Below the pieces are notes generated by a model, which saw only the letters and a program-made list of their open reading frames with translations, was not told the DNA's origin and did not search any database. A DNA stretch of 11,750 bases from an uncultured archaeon (GTDB lineage Archaea; Asgardarchaeota; Lokiarchaeia; Sigyniarchaeales; SOKP01): the NCBI GenBank assembly GCA_964525635.1, contig CAZGJX010000117.1, positions 1 through 11,750 on the forward strand, read 5' to 3'. Numbering within the stretch: position 1 is the stretch's first letter; every line of letters starts with the position of its first letter. Shown here one piece after another: positions 1 to 8,131 of this stretch. The translations under genes were made by a program, and so were the position numbers.

Positions 1-437
1 ATAATAACTGCGGGTACCACAAGAATAAGTGTATATGGGATATAAGGTGACATTTTATCCCATACTGTATAAGAAAACCATTTTATAGATTTACCTAAAT
101 CACCTTAAAAAAAGGATCGTAAAAACATAAAATATTGTTCATAAAGAGGTTTATTCAAATCAAAAGCATCGACATATTGCCCATATTTCGCTATAATATC
201 ATCTCAGTCTGTATTTCCAGCAGTTTCAAGTAATCTTGCTCTTACTGAATCTCCGGGCATGAGATGGGGAATTAAAAAAGCTAAAGATATTGCAGCAAAA
301 AATAAAATAAAATAAAAAATTACTTTTTTTAATATAAATTTCAAGAATGAATTGTGAATAACTTTCTTTAAATTATCAATATAACTTTTATCAACTACTA
401 ATTCTGTATTTTCTTCTTCTAATATTTGTAAACCCAT
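1..437 (-). pseudogene. dppB: Dipeptide/oligopeptide/nickel ABC transporter permease (DppB/OppB family), 5' part, disrupted by two in-frame stops; runs off the window's left edge
   Basis: Manual translation past the listed ORF stays in one frame: ...FILKKVIFYFILFFAAISLAFLIPHLMPGDSVRARLLETAGNTD*DDIIAKYGQYVDAFDLNKPLYEQYFMFLRSFF*GDLGKSIKWFSYTVWDKMSPYIPYTLILVVPAVI. It contains the DppB signatures 'F.I.HLMPGD', 'LNKPLYEQY', 'GDLGKS' and 'P.TL.L'. Stops are TGA at 204-206 and TAA at 105-107. Substrate specificity (dpp/opp/nik) is not resolvable. Confidence 0.88.
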
Positions 438-447
438 TTTTTTATCC

Positions 448-453
448 CCTCCT
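448..453 (-). promoter_or_regulatory. Shine-Dalgarno site (AGGAGG) for the permease gene
   Basis: Plus-strand cctcct at 448-453 reads AGGAGG on the minus strand, 10 nt upstream of the ATG at 437. Confidence 0.7.
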
Positions 454-870
454 AAATTTTAATAATACAAAATAATCTTAAACATTAATAATGACGTAAA
501 TCGAAATCTATTTAAATGAATTAGACAAAAATATTGTTTTATAAGCTTCGCCACTGTCTTTTAAGACTAATTATATATCTTTATAGACAATGTTTATGTC
601 TATTAATTAAAATTATATTTAATTTAAAATTAGTAATATCTTGAAGATATTAATAAAGAAGGGAAAATATAAAAAAATGCTTTATATTTTTCCAAATAAA
701 TAAGATAAAAGAATATACGTATAATTTCCAAAAAGAAATCATATTTGGAATTCATTATTATCATAAAATAACATCTTTTCTAAAACCATGTTTAGAAAAA
801 TGAAATTATATCCATTTTTATTAACAATATCAAGAATTATTACAAATCCCATTTTTGATATAATTAGATA

Positions 871-880
871 TTTATATAAA
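871..880 (+). promoter_or_regulatory. Candidate archaeal TATA box for the longin-domain gene
   Basis: TTTATATAAA about 47 nt upstream of ATG 927. The AT-rich background makes this weak evidence. Confidence 0.35.
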
Positions 881-926
881 ATTATATATGTAATAATAAA
901 ATCAGAATGAATAGAGTTAAAATCTT

Positions 927-1535
927 ATGGATAATGTGTTTATATCGAATTTTAGCAATCTTAATAATCACCTCAATTTTATAAATATTAGTAGTAAAAA
1001 TATGTCATTATTTGAATGGAAACCACCAAGTTCATTTAGGAGTTATATCTTGGATGTGAACCTAGTAAAGGAATATGCTACAGATGATATATTTTTTCAT
1101 ATTTTTAAAGGGAATAGTAAAATCGTACATATAAAAAAAGGAGATCTGATATACACGATAGGGGCTAATAATGATATTCAATTTCAATTACTTGAAGCAA
1201 TCCTGGAATATATAGATGAAAAATTTAATGAAATGTATGATATTAAAGTTATTTTATCTTTTGAGAATGTATCTTCGAATATATTTACAAGATTTAATAT
1301 TGTTATAGATAGTTTATTAGAGCATTTTAAGAAATTAGATCTGGTAAAGATTATTAATGCTTATTGTCGGGTTTGTAAAAAAATACTTCCTATTCTAGTA
1401 AAAAAAAGTTTTATTGATAATGCAGAAGATTATCCTGTTCCTTTAGTTTATAGCCATAAAGGGCATGCTATTCTTATTTTTATAGATAAAAATTTTGATG
1501 TTAGAGGAGTAGAGCTTGTTAATACAACAGCTTAA
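927..1535 (+). CDS. Longin-like domain protein with C-terminal CxxC...HxxH putative zinc-binding beta domain
   Basis: Residue pattern fits the longin order beta-beta-alpha-beta-beta-beta-alpha-alpha: LNFINIS/SLFEW; helix ILDVNLVKEYA; IFFHIF-KIVHIK-LIYTIG; LLEAILEYIDEKFNEMY; IFTRFNIVIDSLLEHF. It is followed by CRVC...YPVPLVYSHKGHAILIFIDKNFDVRGVELV. The CDS is solid; the fold call is by eye. Confidence 0.7.
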   Translation: MDNVFISNFSNLNNHLNFINISSKNMSLFEWKPPSSFRSYILDVNLVKEYATDDIFFHIFKGNSKIVHIKKGDLIYTIGANNDIQFQLLEAILEYIDEKFNEMYDIKVILSFENVSSNIFTRFNIVIDSLLEHFKKLDLVKIINAYCRVCKKILPILVKKSFIDNAEDYPVPLVYSHKGHAILIFIDKNFDVRGVELVNTTA

Positions 1536-1648
1536 TTTTATTATTTTTTAAAATGATTGAAAATATCATTAATTATATAATTTTAATATATTTTCATTTT
1601 TATTTTTGAATAAGAATTATTATTAAAGTTCATTGCTATTTAAAATAT

Positions 1649-2617
1649 ATGGAAGAGAAAATGAACAGTGGAGAAGATAATTATTTTGAAGCTATTGTTA
1701 AAAAAACAAAAACAGGAATCACATTACCTAAAGAAATCAGGGAAGATTTATTTAAATCGAATATAGATGTTTATTTCAAGCTTATTGTTCCAAAGGAAAA
1801 AAATAAAATAATTCTTAATATTATTTCCAAAGAAGAAGCTGAGGGAATTTTAGATAGAAATTTAACGGTTGAAAAATCTGAGAAAACAAGGAAAAAAACC
1901 AATAAAAATAAAGATATTCCAGAACCTAAATGGGCTGAATATTTTGTTTATGATTATGAGAGCAGGAGTAAAGTACAGACTATTTTAGAATCTGCTTATT
2001 ATAAATTTGCAGAAATTCCAGTAGATTTTGATGATGCTATTGGAAGGGTTAAATATACTTTAATTTCTTTTTTATCTCCTACTAAAACCGAAAATGCAAA
2101 ATTATATTATTCTGTCATAAGATTTTTAATTGATATTATTCATAATTTTGGTCATTATAGGTTAATTGAATGGATTTATGATAAAGTAATTCCAAACATA
2201 GATAGTATATTTCTTTATGAACTGGCATTATTAGATTTAATCGAGATAAGTTATAAAATCAAACAAATTGATAATGTTGAAATGTTTGTAAATAAAGTTT
2301 TAGAGAGTATTGATAAATATAATAAATCAGAATGGTATAATATAATGAGTAGTCTTAATCAACTTGTAAAAAAAATTAAACAATTTGAAAGTATATCAGG
2401 TATTTCAAATATTGTAAAAGAAAAATTACTCCAATATGAAGGAGAAACTGAAGTTGATGACTATAAAATCCAAATAATTGAACTTTTAGAAACTTTAAAT
2501 TTTATAGAAGAAGGATATCAATTAGCTGAGGAATTAATAAAAAGTCTCCCTCCTGAAAGTATAAAATTACCTGAAATTAGGAAAATAAGAAATAGACTCA
2601 AAGAAAAACCTATTTAG
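1649..2617 (+). CDS. Hypothetical protein: N-terminal AbrB/MazE/SpoVT-like swapped-hairpin domain plus C-terminal alpha-helical (TPR/solenoid-like) region
   Basis: The N-terminus EAIVKKTKTGITLPKEIREDLF...VYFKLIV...KIILNII matches the AbrB 'G.ITLPKEIRE.L' signature. A Lys-rich linker is followed by amphipathic helix pairs ending LNFIEEGYQLAEELIKSL. Confidence 0.7.
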   Translation: MEEKMNSGEDNYFEAIVKKTKTGITLPKEIREDLFKSNIDVYFKLIVPKEKNKIILNIISKEEAEGILDRNLTVEKSEKTRKKTNKNKDIPEPKWAEYFVYDYESRSKVQTILESAYYKFAEIPVDFDDAIGRVKYTLISFLSPTKTENAKLYYSVIRFLIDIIHNFGHYRLIEWIYDKVIPNIDSIFLYELALLDLIEISYKIKQIDNVEMFVNKVLESIDKYNKSEWYNIMSSLNQLVKKIKQFESISGISNIVKEKLLQYEGETEVDDYKIQIIELLETLNFIEEGYQLAEELIKSLPPESIKLPEIRKIRNRLKEKPI

Positions 2618-3633
2618 GTGTTATTACTATTTTCTTCTTCAATATCTTTCATTTTTTCTTGAATTCTCTTTGATTCGTGTTCCAATATCTTCTGTTGTCG
2701 TTCTTCTACCTCTTTTCTTTTTAATTCGAGCTCTACTTGAGATAAAACTTTTTCTTTCTCTATTAATTCTTCTTTCTTTTTTAAAACTTTCTCTTTTTCT
2801 TTAATTTCTTTTTCTTCTAATTCTAATTGCTTTTTCTTTAATTCTAGGTCCTTTTTTTTAAGTTCGACTTCTTTATCTAAGATTTTTTGTTCTACTTTTT
2901 TTAACTCTTTAACAATTTTAACTTTTTTCGTATTATCTGGTGTAATAATATCATGCAATTTCTCTTCTTCAACAATCTCATCAATTTTTTCAACAGACAC
3001 TATAGCTTTTAAAATAAGATCCAAATTTTTTTTTAATTCTTCATTTTCAGGAAATTGTTTAAGGTAATTTGTTAAAATTTTTGTAGTTAATGAAGGAGCT
3101 TGTTTGCCTATTACTATTAACACTTGAAGTGCCTTTTCTATAACAAAATCTTGCTTACTTGATAAAGAATTAGCAACTGCTTTTATTTGTGATTCTTCAA
3201 GATTTATTTTTTCTCCTCCCACAATAAAGAGCAATAGTTGTAAAGCCGCTTCTACTACATTAGGATCTTTTGATTCCAATAAGCTTTCAATATGAGGGAG
3301 TATTAAATCAAATTCATTTTCACATATTGACTTTAATAATAATAGAAAAGAATATCGGAGTACGGAATCTCTCTTAGATAAATTGTTTAATAGTGATGGT
3401 ATGTCAATTATATTATGTTCAAGGAGAAAACGAAGTACCGTTTTACCCCCATGTAAAGTTAAAACAGCTTCTAATATATTTTCTATTCTATCTAAATCAT
3501 TTTCGTCAGTACTTTTCTCTAAATACAATGCAATTTGTTCTACAGCATCATCTATTCTTCCTTCATTTACTAATTCTTTAATATTTTCTATTTCCTCATC
3601 ATCTATATTTTCTTCAGTCATATTTATAACCAT
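2614..3633 (-). CDS. HEAT/ARM-repeat protein with C-terminal Lys/Glu-rich coiled coil
   Basis: Three HEAT-like units about 37-39 aa apart: LSKRDSVLRYSFLLLL, LESKDPNVVEAALQLL and LSSKQDFVIEKALQVL. The last ~100 aa are K/E-rich heptads (KEVELKKKDLELKKKQLELEEKE...). The start could be ATG 3633 or ATG 3621. Confidence 0.8.
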   Translation of the reverse strand: MVINMTEENIDDEEIENIKELVNEGRIDDAVEQIALYLEKSTDENDLDRIENILEAVLTLHGGKTVLRFLLEHNIIDIPSLLNNLSKRDSVLRYSFLLLLKSICENEFDLILPHIESLLESKDPNVVEAALQLLLFIVGGEKINLEESQIKAVANSLSSKQDFVIEKALQVLIVIGKQAPSLTTKILTNYLKQFPENEELKKNLDLILKAIVSVEKIDEIVEEEKLHDIITPDNTKKVKIVKELKKVEQKILDKEVELKKKDLELKKKQLELEEKEIKEKEKVLKKKEELIEKEKVLSQVELELKRKEVEERQQKILEHESKRIQEKMKDIEEENSNNT

Positions 3634-3669
3634 TTGAAAAAATCTTTCAAAAATTTTATTAAATTGTTA

Positions 3670-4632
3670 TTAAACCCAAATAACATAGAATTTATTATAT
3701 ATATAATCAATGATCTTAATGATTTCATTCAGATCTCTATATTTTAAAGGATCTTCAGTTTTAATATTGATTTTATTATAATCTCTATTTTCAATAATTA
3801 AAGTTAATATTAAATCATTAAAATTATCCATATGTAAATTTATCATTTTACAAAATTCTGATAATTTTATTAAATCATCAGGAAAGATATTCCAAAAATA
3901 ATTATCAGGATGATGTTTATTTTGATTTTTTACAATTTTTGAATAATCATTAGTAATTTTAGACACTATATCATATGGAATTTTCATTATAATACTGATA
4001 AATTTATCTTCGATCAGTTTTATAACTATCTCAGGAAAGTACATTTTAGCATGTAATTTAAATATCGCTTTGACTAATTCTAAATCTTCAATTCTCTCTC
4101 TATTAGCATTACATAGTACATAACCCTCATTTAAAAAGATTATATGTAATCGTTCTTCATAATGAATTAAAAAATAATTGTCTGTTCTATAATATCGAAA
4201 TTTTTCTTCTTCTTTTATTCGGTCATCAAGTATTTTATAGGTTGCGTCCCAATTTTTAAAGGAAATATATTTATTTAATTTACGATAATCTCCATGAAAA
4301 AATATGTCTAAAAAGTCAATTAAATATAGATAACTATCAAAAGGTTTGTAAACAATTGTCTTTCCTCTAAAATATCTTTCAATAACACCCTTATTAACAC
4401 TATAACAGAATTTCGGAAGATCTTCCATAGTTAATCCATTTTTTATTCTTAATTTTAGTAGAAATCGACGTGTACACATTGGAGTTAAGGTACATGTGAT
4501 CCGATCAACTTGACATTCTTTAAAACATAAGTCATTGATTCTGTTAATTAGATGTCCTAATAATTCAGAACTCTGTCGCTTAATTATTGGATTTTTTAAA
4601 AAATCAATAATATGCTTTTCTTCTAAGGGCAT
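3670..4632 (-). CDS. Hypothetical protein with N-terminal cysteine cluster (C-x3-C-x6-C-x5-C-x22-C)
   Basis: 320-aa ORF with normal composition, 36 bp upstream of the co-oriented HEAT gene. Cys at aa 36, 40, 47, 53 and 76. No family recognised. Confidence 0.8.
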   Translation of the reverse strand: MPLEEKHIIDFLKNPIIKRQSSELLGHLINRINDLCFKECQVDRITCTLTPMCTRRFLLKLRIKNGLTMEDLPKFCYSVNKGVIERYFRGKTIVYKPFDSYLYLIDFLDIFFHGDYRKLNKYISFKNWDATYKILDDRIKEEEKFRYYRTDNYFLIHYEERLHIIFLNEGYVLCNANRERIEDLELVKAIFKLHAKMYFPEIVIKLIEDKFISIIMKIPYDIVSKITNDYSKIVKNQNKHHPDNYFWNIFPDDLIKLSEFCKMINLHMDNFNDLILTLIIENRDYNKINIKTEDPLKYRDLNEIIKIIDYIYNKFYVIWV

Positions 4633-4942
4633 AGTATTAATTGGTTAGATTGATTTTTAGAGATCTCATTTAATATTAATATATTATTAAGAAATCAAAT
4701 ATTTTTTATTGTTTAAAGTTTTAGAAGAAAATTTAAAAAATGTATAATTTTTAAATTATGGATAAATATCAAAAAAAAAGATTTAACATTCTGAAGAATA
4801 ATTATTCTTACTTTTAGAGTTTAATATTATAAGTTATGTCTTGCACTTATTTTTTATATTAAATTCTTCGAGTAAAAAATTATTAATACAAATTATATTA
4901 TTATTTTAATACCCAAACTAATAAAAAACAATATTTAATGAA

Positions 4943-6373
4943 ATGCTTCGACAATTTCATATTATTTACAATGGAGAAAGAGTATTTTCACATACCTTTG
5001 CATTAGCTTTTGAAAATAAAGAAATCGAAAATGTTGCCAATACAATAATAAGCAAAATTGAAATACCCTCACCTGGAAAAATCCTTTCCCGTCGAATTTC
5101 AGAACATCAGATTTTTTATAAAAAGTTTCAAAATATTTGTTTTATTACTGTAACCGATCTAATAGATTCTATAGACTATATTGAAGATATCTTAGATAAA
5201 GCTATTACAAAATTTAACGTAATTTATCATAATATAGAATCTTTAAAATATTCTGAATCCGTTAAAAAAGAATTTATAAATTATCTTATTAAACTACAAG
5301 CAGAATTACATTGCAAAATATCTATAATAGGTCCAACAAATGCAGGTAAATCAACACTTTACACATTATTAACGAAGCATAATAAAGAAAGAAATATAAT
5401 GAATTTTGCTAAGGTCTCAATTCTTGATTTATATGAATTAAAATTTGATGTTTGGGATTTTCAACTAAAGGACAATTTTTCCCTTTTATGGCCCAAATTC
5501 ATACGTGGTTCAGACTTGGTTCTATTTGTTTTTAACGCTGCAAATTACAATTTAAAAGTACTTAACTATTTCCTTACGTTAAAAAAGAAAGAAAGTAATT
5601 TATCTAGATTTATAATCATAGCTAATAAAATGGATTTAATTAGTGAAAGAGATATAAAAAAAATTAAAAATGAGTTAAATTTCTCTAATATCACCTTTTT
5701 ATCTTTTATTAATTCAGATGATAAACAAGAGGTTTTTGATTTAATCAGAAATGCACTTGAATTAAAAAAAGCACTACCAGATAATTTTAATGAATTAATT
5801 AAATCAGCTGAAAAAATGATAGAAGAAAAGAATATAGTTAAAGCATTGGCAACATATAAGGAATTGATAATATTAGCGAACTCATGCCAATGTTATAATT
5901 ATTTGGATGATTTTAAGAGAATTGTGAAAGAAATAGAAGAAAAATTAAATGAAAGAGTCGCTATAAGAAAAAAAATTGAGAGAAAAAAAAAATTTGCTCC
6001 TCCAAAACAAATCTCATTTACAAAAGAAATAAAAGTAAAACAGCTTCCTAAAATTCAGAAATATCCAGAAATTACTAATGAGAAGCCTATTAAAACAGAA
6101 AAGTCAAAACTAAAATTAACACATGATGATATTGCAATAAAAAAAAGTTCTGAAATATTAAAAGTAGTGATGAAAAATCCTGAAGAAAAATATAATGATA
6201 TTAGTGAAATCCCTGATAAAGCACAATTATTACAAGAGATGATTGAATTTAGAGGGAGTAATCTTAATCTGGATTTATGTAATAAATTTATAATGGAAAT
6301 AAAAAACTCCCTTAAAAGGGAATTAACACTGGATGATCTAAAAAGAGCGGCTAATATTTTTATAAAAAAATAA
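4943..6373 (+). CDS. Longin domain + Arf-related small GTPase (degenerate G2/G3) + TPR/MIT-like helical hairpin + C-terminal helical domain
   Basis: aa 1-~120 are longin-like (MLRQFHIIYNGERVFSHTF...QIFYKKFQNICFITVTD...ILDKAITKFNVIY). P-loop GPTNAGKST at 5330-5356. 'FDVWDFQLKDNFSLLWPKFIRGSDLVLFVFNA' aligns by eye to Arf '[32 protein letters not shown]'. G4 NKMD at 5624-5635. Confidence 0.85.
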   Translation: MLRQFHIIYNGERVFSHTFALAFENKEIENVANTIISKIEIPSPGKILSRRISEHQIFYKKFQNICFITVTDLIDSIDYIEDILDKAITKFNVIYHNIESLKYSESVKKEFINYLIKLQAELHCKISIIGPTNAGKSTLYTLLTKHNKERNIMNFAKVSILDLYELKFDVWDFQLKDNFSLLWPKFIRGSDLVLFVFNAANYNLKVLNYFLTLKKKESNLSRFIIIANKMDLISERDIKKIKNELNFSNITFLSFINSDDKQEVFDLIRNALELKKALPDNFNELIKSAEKMIEEKNIVKALATYKELIILANSCQCYNYLDDFKRIVKEIEEKLNERVAIRKKIERKKKFAPPKQISFTKEIKVKQLPKIQKYPEITNEKPIKTEKSKLKLTHDDIAIKKSSEILKVVMKNPEEKYNDISEIPDKAQLLQEMIEFRGSNLNLDLCNKFIMEIKNSLKRELTLDDLKRAANIFIKK

Positions 6374-6443
6374 TAAAAATCTAACTAATTATATAGATTT
6401 TTCAATTCTTAATTATCTACAAATAAATTATAAATAAACTATT

Positions 6444-7937
6444 ATGACTAAGATTAGAGAATTAAATGAGCGTTTTTCTGATTTAAAGAAATTAAAATAT
6501 ATTAATAATCTCCTTGAATGGGATCAACATGTCTACATGCCTGAGAAATCTAATAAAGGAAGAGCCGAACTAATTGAATTAGTTAGTAGAATTACCCATA
6601 AAAAATTGATATCGAATAAAACACAAAGACTTATAGAACAAGCAGAAAGAATCAATGATTTAAATATAATCGATTCAGCAATACTTAGAGAAGCAAAAAG
6701 AGAATATGAAAAGGCAATAAAAGTTCCCACAGAACTAATAACAGAGTTAGCTAAAACATCAATTTTAGCTTATAAAGCATGGAAGGAAGCTAGAGAAAAA
6801 AAGGATTTCTTGAGATTTAGACCTTATCTTGATAAGATTATAGAACTTCAGAAAGAATATGCTGATAAAATCGATATTGGTCTAACAAGATATGATTCAT
6901 TGATCGATGAATTTGAACCAGGTGCAACATCTGAATGGATTTCTGAAATTTTTAATAGATTATCTATCAAACTTAAAACTATTTTGAAAAAATTGATGAA
7001 TTCCAATGATGTTCCTGATCAATCTATTTTAAATAAATATTATAATCCAAAAAAGCAATGGGATTTTAGTATAAAAATCTTAGAAAAGCTAAATTTTGAT
7101 TTCTCAATTGGTAGACAAGATAAGTCTGTTCATCCATTTACAGTTTCATTATCATCAACAGATATAAGAATAACAACTCGTATTTGGGAGAATTTTTTAC
7201 CTGCATGTTTATTTGGAACATTACATGAATGTGGTCATGCATTATATGATGCTGGATTTATGAAGGAAATTCATAATACAAATCTAGCAGGGGGAAGTTC
7301 TTTAGGATTTCATGAATCTCAATCAAGATTATGGGAAAATTTTATTGGGAGGAGCAAAGAATTTTGGGACTATTGGTATCCTCAATTACAGAAATTATTT
7401 CCTGAACATTTAAAAAAATTATCCAAAAATGAATTTTATAGATCAATAAATAGTGTTAAACCCTCCTTAATAAGAGTTGAGGCAGATGAAATAACTTATT
7501 CTCTTCATATTATTTTAAGATTTGAAATAGAGAATTTAATTTTTCAAGATAAAATAACTACATCAGAATTGCCTCAAATTTGGAATGAAAAAACAGAAAA
7601 ACTATTGAATCTTATACCTCCAAATGACTCTGATGGGATCTTACAAGATATTCATTGGTCTGGAGGAGCATTTGGATATTTCCCTACTTATACTTTAGGT
7701 AACTTATATGCCGCTCAACTATATCATAATGCATTAGTTAAAAACCCTCACTTACAAAATGACTTTTCAAAAGGTAATTTCTCAGGGTTTCTTAATTATT
7801 TAAGGGATAATATACATCAATATGGAAAAATTTATCATCCAATAGATTTAATAAAAAAAATATCTGGAGAAAATCTAAATCCTGATTATTTTATCCATTA
7901 TTTGGAAAATAAGTTTTTTCCTATATATTCTGTATAG
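6444..7937 (+). CDS. Thermostable metallocarboxypeptidase, peptidase family M32 (carboxypeptidase Taq-like)
   Basis: M32 motifs are all present: LLEWDQ, HPF, DIRITT, HECGHALY (HEXXH), HESQSRLWEN, IRVEADE, QDIHW, GYFPTYTLG. The 497-aa length is typical. Confidence 0.97.
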   Translation: MTKIRELNERFSDLKKLKYINNLLEWDQHVYMPEKSNKGRAELIELVSRITHKKLISNKTQRLIEQAERINDLNIIDSAILREAKREYEKAIKVPTELITELAKTSILAYKAWKEAREKKDFLRFRPYLDKIIELQKEYADKIDIGLTRYDSLIDEFEPGATSEWISEIFNRLSIKLKTILKKLMNSNDVPDQSILNKYYNPKKQWDFSIKILEKLNFDFSIGRQDKSVHPFTVSLSSTDIRITTRIWENFLPACLFGTLHECGHALYDAGFMKEIHNTNLAGGSSLGFHESQSRLWENFIGRSKEFWDYWYPQLQKLFPEHLKKLSKNEFYRSINSVKPSLIRVEADEITYSLHIILRFEIENLIFQDKITTSELPQIWNEKTEKLLNLIPPNDSDGILQDIHWSGGAFGYFPTYTLGNLYAAQLYHNALVKNPHLQNDFSKGNFSGFLNYLRDNIHQYGKIYHPIDLIKKISGENLNPDYFIHYLENKFFPIYSV

Positions 7938-8061
7938 GCTAGTTTAAATATAAATTGGTACAATTTGACTTATATATTAAATAATTATATTAATCCTATT
8001 TATTTTATTTATTTTCCAAGTTATAGGTTCTTTAATTTTATTAAATATAGAATCAAATTTA

Positions 8062-8077
8062 GAAAAGAATTTATATC
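8062..8077 (+). promoter_or_regulatory. Candidate BRE + TATA box for the Rab-like GTPase operon
   Basis: Purine-rich GAAAAGAA directly followed by TTTATATC. This would place transcription start near 8100, downstream of the ORF-finder TTG at 8084. Confidence 0.45.
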
Positions 8078-8131
8078 ACTTTTTTGATATTATATTTAAA
8101 TCTTTATTTCACCAGTAGTGTGTTGTTTTTT

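Noticed and set aside
204-206. In-frame TGA as selenocysteine or stop-codon reassignment
   Set aside because: A second in-frame stop (TAA, 105-107) follows, TAA terminates most other genes here, and the position is a variable loop of a permease with no Cys/Sec role.
1649-1830. Toxin-antitoxin module based on the AbrB/MazE motif
   Set aside because: No PIN, MazF or RelE-type toxin is adjacent, and the protein is 322 aa long.
3383-3637. Plus-strand ORFs 3383..3637 (84 aa) and 3393..3581 (62 aa)
   Set aside because: They lie antisense to the HEAT gene, have shadow-type composition (Ser/Phe/Ile or Leu/Tyr-rich), and show no motifs.
6220-6370. Histone-fold resemblance of the C-terminal domain (ELTLDDLKRAA)
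   Set aside because: The central helix is far too short for a histone fold; only the last helix looks similar.
6533-6730. Minus-strand 65-aa ORF
   Set aside because: Antisense shadow inside the clear M32 peptidase gene.
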